From NCBI GenBank assembly GCA_028710695.1, contig JAQTTP010000003.1, positions 1-32,000 of the forward strand: a stretch of 32,000 bases of DNA, given 5' to 3'. The notes beneath the pieces were generated by a model, which saw nothing but the letters and a program-made list of their open reading frames with translations, made no database searches and had not been told where the DNA came from. This DNA comes from Candidatus Iainarchaeum sp. (GTDB lineage Archaea > Iainarchaeota > Iainarchaeia > Iainarchaeales > 0-14-0-20-30-16). This document shows positions 8,196 through 16,667 of the stretch, piece by piece. Every line of letters starts with the position of its first letter. Position 1 is the first letter of the stretch. The position numbers and the translations under genes were made by a program.

Positions 8196-9668
8196 GTGAC
8201 ATATTGGCCTTTAGTTGAATCTTATTTTAAAAATACTGACTTAATTAAGCAAAATATTGAGTCTTATAACCTATTTGTAGAAAAAGAACTTCCGGAAATA
8301 ATAAAAGAAAATCAAAACATAGAATCAAAAGTTGGAAATGTAGAACTAGAATTAAGTAATTTACAGGTATTAAACCCACAAATTATTGAGGCAGACGGCT
8401 CAAGAAGAAACGATGTTTACCCTATGGAAATAAGATTGAGAGATAAGAGCTACACAGCTCCGATTTATGTTGATATAAGCCTTAAAAGAAAAGGTGTTGT
8501 TTACGACCATAAAAGAAGTTATATTGGTGATTTGCCAATAATGGTAAAATCAAATAAATGCTTATTAAATGGATTATCAAAAGAAGAATTAGTTGCTTTG
8601 GGAGAAGATGCAAGAGACCCGGGCGGATATTTTATAATAAATGGAAGCGAAAAAATAATTGTAAACCAAGAAATCCTGGCGGATAAAAGAATGTTAGTTT
8701 CCGATATGCAGAATGGAAAAGTTGCAGTTGATGTAATTTCAACAAAAGGGGCATTTAGGGGAAAGGTAAGAATTTTAAGAAACCCAAATGGTCTTTTAGA
8801 AGTTGCATTCCCCTCAAGTCCAAAGAAATTGAAATTATTTACCTTACTTAGGGCATTAGGATTGGAAACATTTGAAGAATTTTCAGCAGCTTTTTCTAAT
8901 AAATTAGAAGTAAAGAATGATGTTTTATTAAATTTTGAAAAAATGGGTGTTGAATCTGAAGAAGAAGCATTAGATAAAATAGGAAAATATGTTGCTCCTG
9001 GACAGATTGTAAGTTATAGATTAAGAAGAGCGCAAGAAGTAATTGACTCATTCTTATTGCCTCACATTGGTCAAGCACCACAGAAGAGATTAATGAAAGG
9101 ATATTATCTGGCAACAATGGCAGAAAGAGCAATTGAAAGAGCATATGGAAAAAGAACAGAAGATGATAAAGACAATTATATGAACAAAAAAATTGATATG
9201 AGTGGAAAACTTTTAGCTCAGCAATTTAGATATGCTTTCAAATTTTTTGTAAGTGATATAAAATTCCAGATTGACAGAAATATTGTAAGAAGAAGAAAAT
9301 TGAACATAAATACAGTAATAAGGCCAAGTGCTTTGACAGATAGACTTAATTTTGCAATGGCAACAGGAAGCTGGGCAGCAAGATTGCAAGGTGTTTCAAA
9401 GTATGTTGAAAAAATCAACTGGCTATCTAATTATATTGAATTAAGAAGAGTAAGATCAACTCTTGACAGAACTAGGGAAAACTATGAAGCAAGAGATGTT
9501 CATGGCTCAGCTTTGGGAAGAATTTGCCCAATACAAACTCCGGACGGACCTATGTGTGGTTTAGCAAAGAACTTAGCATTGATGTCAAAAGTTACAAATG
9601 AAATTGATTCTGATTCCGTTCAAGAAATTGTAACTAAATTAGGGGTTGTTGAAAGGAGCAAAAAGTAA
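8196..9668 (+). CDS. rpoB2: DNA-directed RNA polymerase subunit B'' (N-terminal half of split Rpo2)
   Basis: Rpb2 N-terminal lobe/protrusion/fork-like sequence (GGYFIINGSEKIIVNQE, ICPIQTPDGPMCGLAKNLA). The ORF track starts at GTG 8187, but GGAGTGATtacaGTG has the same SD-plus-4-nt geometry as other genes here, which favours GTG 8196. Confidence 0.93.
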   Translation: MTYWPLVESYFKNTDLIKQNIESYNLFVEKELPEIIKENQNIESKVGNVELELSNLQVLNPQIIEADGSRRNDVYPMEIRLRDKSYTAPIYVDISLKRKGVVYDHKRSYIGDLPIMVKSNKCLLNGLSKEELVALGEDARDPGGYFIINGSEKIIVNQEILADKRMLVSDMQNGKVAVDVISTKGAFRGKVRILRNPNGLLEVAFPSSPKKLKLFTLLRALGLETFEEFSAAFSNKLEVKNDVLLNFEKMGVESEEEALDKIGKYVAPGQIVSYRLRRAQEVIDSFLLPHIGQAPQKRLMKGYYLATMAERAIERAYGKRTEDDKDNYMNKKIDMSGKLLAQQFRYAFKFFVSDIKFQIDRNIVRRRKLNINTVIRPSALTDRLNFAMATGSWAARLQGVSKYVEKINWLSNYIELRRVRSTLDRTRENYEARDVHGSALGRICPIQTPDGPMCGLAKNLALMSKVTNEIDSDSVQEIVTKLGVVERSKK

Positions 9669-9679
9669 CTGGTGGTACT

Positions 9680-11485
9680 ATGGATCAAGCAAAAGTTTAT
9701 TTTGATGGAAGCTTACTTGGGTTTTACGAAGATCCTAAGAAATTAATGAAAGAAATAAAGAAACTTAGGCGAGAAAACAAGTTGAGTAGTAGTGTTAACA
9801 TAAGTTACATGGACAGCACAAATGAAGTTTATATTAATACAAGTGCAGGAAGAATACAAAGACCATTAATAGTTGTTGAAAATGGAAAACCAAAAGTTAC
9901 TCCTGAGCACATAGAAAAAGTAAAAAAAGGAACTTTGACATTTGAAGATTTAGTAAAAAATGGATTAGTTGAGTACCTGGATGCAGAGGAAGAAGATATT
10001 GCATTAGTTGCTATTTTTGAAAAAGATATAACAAAAGACCACACACACCTAGAATTAGACCCTGTTGTTTTATTTGGATTTGTAGTTGGAATGATTCCAT
10101 ATGTAAATCAGAATTCACCGGGTAAATCATTGCACGGAGCAAAGATGTTTAAACAGGCGGTAGGTTATTGTAGTCCAAACCAAGGATATAGAGTTGATAC
10201 TGATTCTTATGAATTATATTATCCACAAAAGCACTTAGTAAAAACAAAAGTAATGGACTTATTTAATTCTGATGAGAGGCCAGTAATTCAAAATTTTGTT
10301 GTTGCAATTATGCCTTATTATGGTTATAACATGCAAGATGCTGTAATACTAAATAAAGGTGCAATAGATAGAGGATTAGGGAGACTATCTTATTATAGAA
10401 CTTATACTTCTGAAGAAACAATTTATCCCGGTGGATTAAAAGATTCAATTTGCTATCCAGATGAAGATGTAGATGACTATTTGGGTCTAGAAGCATATTC
10501 TGTTTTGGGTTCAGATGGAATTGCAGAAGTAGAAACATTTGTTTCAAGAAAAAATGTGATTATTGGAAAAACAAGTCCACCAAAATATGTTGAAGAAATT
10601 TCAGAATTTGGTGTATTAAAAGAAAAAAGAATAGACAGTTCAATGGAAATAAGAAAAAATAAAGAAGGATATGTTGATAAAGTATTTTTGAACAGCGACG
10701 GAATTGCAAAAAGAATAAAAGTAAAAATAAGAACTCCAAAAATCCCGGAACTTGGAGATAAATTTGCTTCCAAGCATGGACAGAAAGGTGTTGTAGGTTA
10801 TGTTGCTAATGAGGAAGACATGCCTTTTAGTGTAAATGGCTTGAAGCCAGATTTGATACTGAACCCACACTCAATTCCATCAAGAATGACTGTTGGTCAC
10901 TTAGTTGAAATGCTTGCAGGAACTGCTGCTTGTGCGTCAGGAAAAGAAGTTGATGGAACAGTATATTCTGGTTCTAATGTTGAAGATTTGAAAAAGATAT
11001 TAGCGGATAATGGATTTTCTCCAACTGGAACAGAAACTTTTTATGACGGTTTAACAGGTAAAAAAGTTGTTGGAGAAGTATTTACTGGACAAATTTCTTA
11101 TAGAAGATTATACCACTTTGTTTCACATAAGATGCAGGCAAGATCAAGAGGTCCTGTGCAAATGTTAACAAGGCAACCTACTGAAGGAATGGAAAAAGAA
11201 GGTGGATTAAAATTCGGAGAGATGGAAACCGATTGTTTAATTGGTTATGGAGCAACAATGTTGTTGAATGAGAAATTATTGGACGACTCAGATAAAATTG
11301 TTGTGCCTGTTTGTAAAAGATGTGGTATTGTTGCTGTTAGCGATAATGTCCAGAAAAAAACTTATTGTAATATGTGTAATAAATCAGAAATCGTAAGGGT
11401 TGCAATGCCATATGCATTCAAAATCTTTATGGATGAACTGAGGGCTTTGATGATTTATCCGAGGCTTTCTGTTAAGGAGTTCTAA
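9680..11485 (+). CDS. rpoB1: DNA-directed RNA polymerase subunit B' (C-terminal half of split Rpo2)
   Basis: Motifs GDKFASKHGQKGV, PDLILNPHSIPSRMTVG, SRGPVQMLTRQPTEG, and a C-terminal Zn ribbon CKRCG...CNMC. SD GGTGGT lies 3 nt before the ATG. Confidence 0.96.
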   Translation: MDQAKVYFDGSLLGFYEDPKKLMKEIKKLRRENKLSSSVNISYMDSTNEVYINTSAGRIQRPLIVVENGKPKVTPEHIEKVKKGTLTFEDLVKNGLVEYLDAEEEDIALVAIFEKDITKDHTHLELDPVVLFGFVVGMIPYVNQNSPGKSLHGAKMFKQAVGYCSPNQGYRVDTDSYELYYPQKHLVKTKVMDLFNSDERPVIQNFVVAIMPYYGYNMQDAVILNKGAIDRGLGRLSYYRTYTSEETIYPGGLKDSICYPDEDVDDYLGLEAYSVLGSDGIAEVETFVSRKNVIIGKTSPPKYVEEISEFGVLKEKRIDSSMEIRKNKEGYVDKVFLNSDGIAKRIKVKIRTPKIPELGDKFASKHGQKGVVGYVANEEDMPFSVNGLKPDLILNPHSIPSRMTVGHLVEMLAGTAACASGKEVDGTVYSGSNVEDLKKILADNGFSPTGTETFYDGLTGKKVVGEVFTGQISYRRLYHFVSHKMQARSRGPVQMLTRQPTEGMEKEGGLKFGEMETDCLIGYGATMLLNEKLLDDSDKIVVPVCKRCGIVAVSDNVQKKTYCNMCNKSEIVRVAMPYAFKIFMDELRALMIYPRLSVKEF

Positions 11486-11494
11486 GGTGAGATT

Positions 11495-14101
11495 ATGTTA
11501 GCAAAAATAAACGGATTAAAATTTGGAATTTTGCCCCCAGACCAAGTAAGAAAAATGTCTGTGATAGAAGTAAAAACTCACGAACTCTATGATAAAGATG
11601 GCTATCCAATTGAGGGTGGAATAATGGACCCACATTTGGGAGTTGTTGAAAAAGGAAGAAAGTGTAAAACTTGTGGAAACGCAGTTGATAGATGTCACGG
11701 ACATTTTGGACATCTAGAGTTAGTTAGACCAGTTGTGCACGCAGGATATTATAGAAAAGTAGAACAATTAGTTTTTTCAACTTGTAAAGGTTGTGGAAGA
11801 GCATTATTAACTGCAGAAGAATTAACTGCAGCAAAAAAAATAAAAGAATTAGAAATAAGAATGAAATATATTTTAGCAAAATCTGCAACTAAAAAAACAT
11901 GTCCTTATTGTGGTGAAACAAAATTAGTTTACAGATTGGATCCTCCAACAAATTTTTCTATTGTAAATGAAAGTTCTGAAGAAGATATGAAAAGATTATA
12001 CCCAACAGAAATAAGAGAATGGTTTGAAAAATTGCAAGATGATGATTTAGCAATCTTTGGGTATAAAGATTTGAGACCAGAATGGTTTATACTTACTGTT
12101 TTGCCAATACCGCCAGTTTCATTGCATCCATCAATTGTTTTAGAAACTGGAACAAGATCAGAAGATGATCTAACATTCAAATTAGTTGATATAATACTAA
12201 ATAATAATAGATTAAGAGATAATATAAATGCTGGAGCACCACAATTAATGATAGAGGATTTGTGGAATCTTTTGCAACACAATATTACAACTTATTTTAA
12301 CAACAATACTCCTGCTGTGCCTCCATCTAAACATAGATCAGGAAGATTACTTAAGACATTAGTTCAAAGAATAAAAGGAAAAACTGGAATTATAAGACAG
12401 AACTTAATGGGAAAGAGAGTAAACTTTGCAGCAAGATCTACAATTACTCCAGATATTTTTATTAAGCCTGATGAAGTTGGAGTTCCTGTTGCTTTTGCAG
12501 AAGAACTAACTGTTGCAGAAAAAGTTACAGATTATAATGTTGAAGCAATGAGAGAACTAATAAAGAATACGGCATTGGTAAGATATGTAATAAAGAAAGT
12601 TGGTGGAAGAAAGAAAGTAATTGATATAGTAAAAGATAGTATCTCAACTGAACTTGAAGCAGGGGATATAATTGAAAGAGTTCTAAAAAACGGGGACGAA
12701 GTTTTATTTAATAGATATCCATCATTGCACAGAGTTTCTATAATGACACATAAGGTAAAAATAGTTGACGGAAAGGCAATTAGAATGCACCCAACAACTT
12801 GTAAGCCTTATAACGCAGACCACGATGGAGATGAAATGAACATCCACGTTCCACAAAGGGAAGAAGGAAAAACAGAAGCAATAGAACTTTTAAGTGTTGA
12901 AAAAAACATAATATCTCCAAGAGATGGATCAATAATTGTTATCCCAATTGAAGATATTGTTTCTGGTGCATTCATTTTAACATTGCCAACAACAAAAATT
13001 TCTAGAGAAGACGCAATGAACTATTTTAATATTGCAGGAATTGACAAGATTCCAAAACCAGATTTGGGAGATTACTATTCTGGAAAAGTAATATTTAGTT
13101 CATTACTTCCAAAAGGAATAAATCTAAGATATCTTTCAGATGTAAATAGATTTGTTGATGCGGAAAAGAAAACAAATAAACAAATAAAAGATGCAGTAGA
13201 AGTAATAATTGAAGATGGTGAATTAAAACAAGGAATGATTGATAAAAAAGGTTTAGCAAGTGGTTCTGCAAAAATAATATTTGCTATCCAAAGAAAGCAC
13301 GGAAATACAGCAGTAATTGACTTTTACAATAAACTTACAAGAGTTGCATTAGATGTTTGTACAAGATATGGATTAACAACAGCAATTGACGACAATGCAA
13401 TGCAAAAAGACTTCTATACTTGGAAAGAAAAAAAGATGGAAGAGCTTGTAGATGTTTCTTTAGATTTAGAAAAAAGATATAAGAATAGATCATTAGAAAA
13501 AATGCCTGGAAAGAACATACACAATTCATTTGAGGCATATATTATGAGAGAGGGATACTCAACAAAGAAAGAAATTGAGTCCAGAATTGTTGGAAAACTT
13601 ATTGACAATATTTTTGTTGATGAACCAAAGTTTAATTCTTTGATTATGATCCTAAGTGGAGCTAGAGGAAAGGTAGACAACTTAACAAACATGGGTGGAA
13701 CTGTTGGGCAGGCAGCTGTAAGAGAGAAGAGGCCATCAAGAGGATTCACAGATAGAGTTTTAAGTTACTACAAAAGAGATATGGACTCTGCACTACCAAG
13801 AGGATACATCACAAAATCATATTATGAGGGATTGCTTCCACACGAGTTATACTTTATGAGTATGGGTGCAAGACAGGGAGAAGTTGATACTGGTGTTTCA
13901 ACAAAAATCTCAGGATATTTGTATAGAAGAATATCACACGCAACAAGAGATTTATTCACTGCTGAAGACCTAAGTGTAAGAAACACAGACAACAAAATAA
14001 TACAATTTATGTACGGTGAAGATGGAATATATCCTCAGAATTTAGAGGGCCGTGATCTGGTTGGAGATAGTTTCTTTTCAGATTATATAAAGAAGAAGTG
14101 A
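11495..14101 (+). CDS. rpoA1: DNA-directed RNA polymerase subunit A' (Rpo1N)
   Basis: Zn motif CKTCGNAVDRCHGHFGH, RQNLMGKRVNFAARSTITPD, and the catalytic loop NADHDGDEMN (12812-12841; His replaces the canonical Phe). SD AAGGTGAGattATG. Confidence 0.96.
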   Translation: MLAKINGLKFGILPPDQVRKMSVIEVKTHELYDKDGYPIEGGIMDPHLGVVEKGRKCKTCGNAVDRCHGHFGHLELVRPVVHAGYYRKVEQLVFSTCKGCGRALLTAEELTAAKKIKELEIRMKYILAKSATKKTCPYCGETKLVYRLDPPTNFSIVNESSEEDMKRLYPTEIREWFEKLQDDDLAIFGYKDLRPEWFILTVLPIPPVSLHPSIVLETGTRSEDDLTFKLVDIILNNNRLRDNINAGAPQLMIEDLWNLLQHNITTYFNNNTPAVPPSKHRSGRLLKTLVQRIKGKTGIIRQNLMGKRVNFAARSTITPDIFIKPDEVGVPVAFAEELTVAEKVTDYNVEAMRELIKNTALVRYVIKKVGGRKKVIDIVKDSISTELEAGDIIERVLKNGDEVLFNRYPSLHRVSIMTHKVKIVDGKAIRMHPTTCKPYNADHDGDEMNIHVPQREEGKTEAIELLSVEKNIISPRDGSIIVIPIEDIVSGAFILTLPTTKISREDAMNYFNIAGIDKIPKPDLGDYYSGKVIFSSLLPKGINLRYLSDVNRFVDAEKKTNKQIKDAVEVIIEDGELKQGMIDKKGLASGSAKIIFAIQRKHGNTAVIDFYNKLTRVALDVCTRYGLTTAIDDNAMQKDFYTWKEKKMEELVDVSLDLEKRYKNRSLEKMPGKNIHNSFEAYIMREGYSTKKEIESRIVGKLIDNIFVDEPKFNSLIMILSGARGKVDNLTNMGGTVGQAAVREKRPSRGFTDRVLSYYKRDMDSALPRGYITKSYYEGLLPHELYFMSMGARQGEVDTGVSTKISGYLYRRISHATRDLFTAEDLSVRNTDNKIIQFMYGEDGIYPQNLEGRDLVGDSFFSDYIKKK

Positions 14102-14106
14102 TAATT

Positions 14107-15237
14107 ATGACTGGTTTGCCATTGAACGTTCAAAATAAGATAAGCAAATATGTTGAAAAACGTAAGCTAAGCAAGGACGACGAAAAAGAATTACATAAAA
14201 GAGCAAAAATTCTTTATGAAGATTCTAAAGTAACTCCTTATGACACAGTGGGTTTATTAGCAGCACACTCAATGGCAGAGCCTGCTACTCAGATGGTTTT
14301 AAGAACAAAGCACTTCGCAGGTGCTGCGGAAGTATCTGTTGGATCAGGAATAGAAATTCTATCATCTTTAGTTGATGCAAGAAGTAAGGTAAGGTATCCA
14401 ATAATGCACGTTCATCTAAAAGGGGAACTGGCAAAAGATGAGAAGAAAGCAAAAGAATGTATGAGCCACTTGGTTTATTCTGTGTTGGCTGATGTTACTG
14501 AAATAACTGAGGATTTGGAAACAAAGAAAATCACTGTAAAAATTGATAATAAAGCTCTTGCGGAAAGAGGTCTAGAAAAAACAGAAATATTTGAACTTTT
14601 GAAGAAACAATACAAGAAAAAAGCAACCGACGAAAAGGATACAGTAACAATATTATTTGATGATGTTAACCTGCAAACAATAAGAAAAAATTTCTTAAAG
14701 TTAAGGAAAATGAAGATCACTGGTCTTGAAGGGATTACCGAAGCAATACTTTTAAAAGATGATGGTGAATATTATATTACTACTGAGGGCAGCAATCTAA
14801 AGGGAGTCTTCGAGTTAGATTTTGTTGATACCGACAAAACATATACTAATGATGTAATGGAAACTGCCAAGGTTTTGGGCATAGAAGCCGCAAGGCAGTT
14901 GCTTGTTAATGAATTGGTAAAAGTTTACCAAGATAACAACATTAGTATTGACGCAAGACATCTGCTTTTATTGGCGGATGTAATGTGCTTCGAAGGAATT
15001 ATTAGAGGAACAGTAAGATCCGGAATAGTAAGCACTAAGGAAAGTCCACTTGCAAGAGCATCTTTTGAACAAACTGAAAAAGTTTTATTTGATGCGGCTT
15101 TTGCAGGGGAAAATGAGAAGTTTAAAGGTATTATTGAAAACATTTTGGCAGGTTTGCCAATTAATGTTGGTGTAGGAAGAATAGAATTAGTTATGGATAA
15201 TCTTGGGAAAAAAGAAAAAGTAAAAGGTGGTAAGTAA
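14107..15237 (+). CDS. rpoA2: DNA-directed RNA polymerase subunit A'' (Rpo1C)
   Basis: Trigger-loop region GLLAAHSMAEPATQMVLRTKHFAGAA and C-terminal PLARASFEQT. The ORF track starts at GTG 14098, which is the SD itself (AAGTGATaattATG), so ATG 14107 is likely. The stop overlaps the rpl30e start (TAATG). Confidence 0.95.
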   Translation: MTGLPLNVQNKISKYVEKRKLSKDDEKELHKRAKILYEDSKVTPYDTVGLLAAHSMAEPATQMVLRTKHFAGAAEVSVGSGIEILSSLVDARSKVRYPIMHVHLKGELAKDEKKAKECMSHLVYSVLADVTEITEDLETKKITVKIDNKALAERGLEKTEIFELLKKQYKKKATDEKDTVTILFDDVNLQTIRKNFLKLRKMKITGLEGITEAILLKDDGEYYITTEGSNLKGVFELDFVDTDKTYTNDVMETAKVLGIEAARQLLVNELVKVYQDNNISIDARHLLLLADVMCFEGIIRGTVRSGIVSTKESPLARASFEQTEKVLFDAAFAGENEKFKGIIENILAGLPINVGVGRIELVMDNLGKKEKVKGGK

Positions 15238-15542
15238 TGGCATTCATGGATCAATTAAGAAACGCAATAAGAAGTGGAAAATTTGCTTATGGGACAAGAC
15301 AAAGCGAAGAACAGATCTTGACTGGAAAAGCAAAGGCAATAATTCTATCAGAAAAAGCAGAAGAATTAATGGTTGAAAGAATAAAATATTTAGCAGAAGT
15401 TGGAAAGATTCCAATAAAAGTATTGAATTTGTCAACTAAAGAACTTGGTGAGACATTCACATTGGCTTACCCAGTATCAGTTGCAGTAGTTTTAGATGAA
15501 GGAGATTCAAAGATAATTTCAGAGATAAAGACTGAAAAATAA
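15237..15542 (+). CDS. rpl30e: 50S ribosomal protein L30e
   Basis: L30e-like sequence ([25 protein letters not shown]...[14 protein letters not shown]) in the canonical position after rpoA2. SD AGGTGG lies upstream within the rpoA2 3' end. Confidence 0.9.
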   Translation: MAFMDQLRNAIRSGKFAYGTRQSEEQILTGKAKAIILSEKAEELMVERIKYLAEVGKIPIKVLNLSTKELGETFTLAYPVSVAVVLDEGDSKIISEIKTEK

Positions 15543-15564
15543 ATTTATTTTTAAAGTGATTTTT

Positions 15565-15996
15565 ATGGGTAGTGGAGAATACGCAGCAGGACAATTACAA
15601 AAGAAAAGAAAAAAATGGAGAAAGAAATCAAAGAAATACTTAAAACAAGCTGAAAGACGGCAAAACCAGTTCAAAGGTGCTCTTAAAGGCGCTCCAATGG
15701 GCAGTGGAATTGTTATTGGTAAGAAAGCTGTTGAAGCTAGGCAGCCAAACTCAGCTTTGAGAAAATGTGTTGTTGTTCAACTTAAGAAAAATGGAATAAA
15801 AGTTGCTGCATTTGCTCCAAGAGATAAAGCAATAACTTTTATTGATGAGCACGACGAAGTAGTAATTTCCGGAATTAACGGAAAGAAAGGTGGGCCTTAT
15901 GGAGATCTATGGGGTGTAAGATACAAGGTTGAAAAAGTAAACAACATTTCCCTAGAGATGCTAAGGACTAAGAGAAAAGAAAAAGTAAGAAGGTAA
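15565..15996 (+). CDS. rps12: 30S ribosomal protein S12 (uS12)
   Basis: [28 protein letters not shown]...[12 protein letters not shown]...[10 protein letters not shown]. The ORF track's GTG 15556 is the SD (AAGTGATttttATG), so ATG 15565 is likely. Confidence 0.95.
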   Translation: MGSGEYAAGQLQKKRKKWRKKSKKYLKQAERRQNQFKGALKGAPMGSGIVIGKKAVEARQPNSALRKCVVVQLKKNGIKVAAFAPRDKAITFIDEHDEVVISGINGKKGGPYGDLWGVRYKVEKVNNISLEMLRTKRKEKVRR

Positions 15997-16018
15997 AGGC
16001 TAAAAATTGGGTGAAAAT

Positions 16019-16621
16019 ATGCTTAAAATGTTTGATAAATGGGCTTGTAATGAAGTTAAGGTTGCTGATCCTGGGCTTGCAAAGTATTTAGGATTGGAAG
16101 ATATGTTAATCCCACATACTTTTGGTGCGGAATCTGGCAGGAAATATGTTAAAAAAAGTATAAATGTTGTTGAAAGACTTGTTAACAAGCTGATGAGAAC
16201 TGGCCAAGGAAAGAAAAAACTTGGTGGTAAATTTATAAGAGGTAGAGGCTACCCAGCAAACAAATTAAAAGTTATGAAAATTGTTGAAACTGCTTTTGCA
16301 ATTGTTGAAGAAAAAACAAAAAGCAACCCAATACAGCAATTGGCAATGGCTATTCAAAATAGTAGTCCAAGAGAAGATGTAACAAGATTAAAAAAAGGAG
16401 GAGTTGCATACTCTGAATCAGTAGATATTTCTCCAATAAGAAGATTAGATGAAGCAATAAAAAATATTGCACTTGCTGCTTTTGCAACATCATTTGACAA
16501 TAATAAAAGCGCAGCTGATGCTTTGGCAGAAGAAATATTGCTTGCTGCAAAGAATGATAATAAAAGTTATGCAGTAAGAAGAAAAGATGAAATGGAAAGA
16601 ATTGCAAAGTCTTCAAGATAA
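16019..16621 (+). CDS. rps7: 30S ribosomal protein S7 (uS7)
   Basis: uS7-like sequence (VERLVNKLMRTG...GKK, AIQNSSPREDVTRLKKGGVAY) in the canonical position. TTGGGTGAaaatATG makes ATG 16019 more likely than TTG 16007. Confidence 0.93.
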   Translation: MLKMFDKWACNEVKVADPGLAKYLGLEDMLIPHTFGAESGRKYVKKSINVVERLVNKLMRTGQGKKKLGGKFIRGRGYPANKLKVMKIVETAFAIVEEKTKSNPIQQLAMAIQNSSPREDVTRLKKGGVAYSESVDISPIRRLDEAIKNIALAAFATSFDNNKSAADALAEEILLAAKNDNKSYAVRRKDEMERIAKSSR

Positions 16622-16667
16622 TAGCTAATAATTATGTGAATGTTTTGAAATGTTTTAAGTGATTTTG

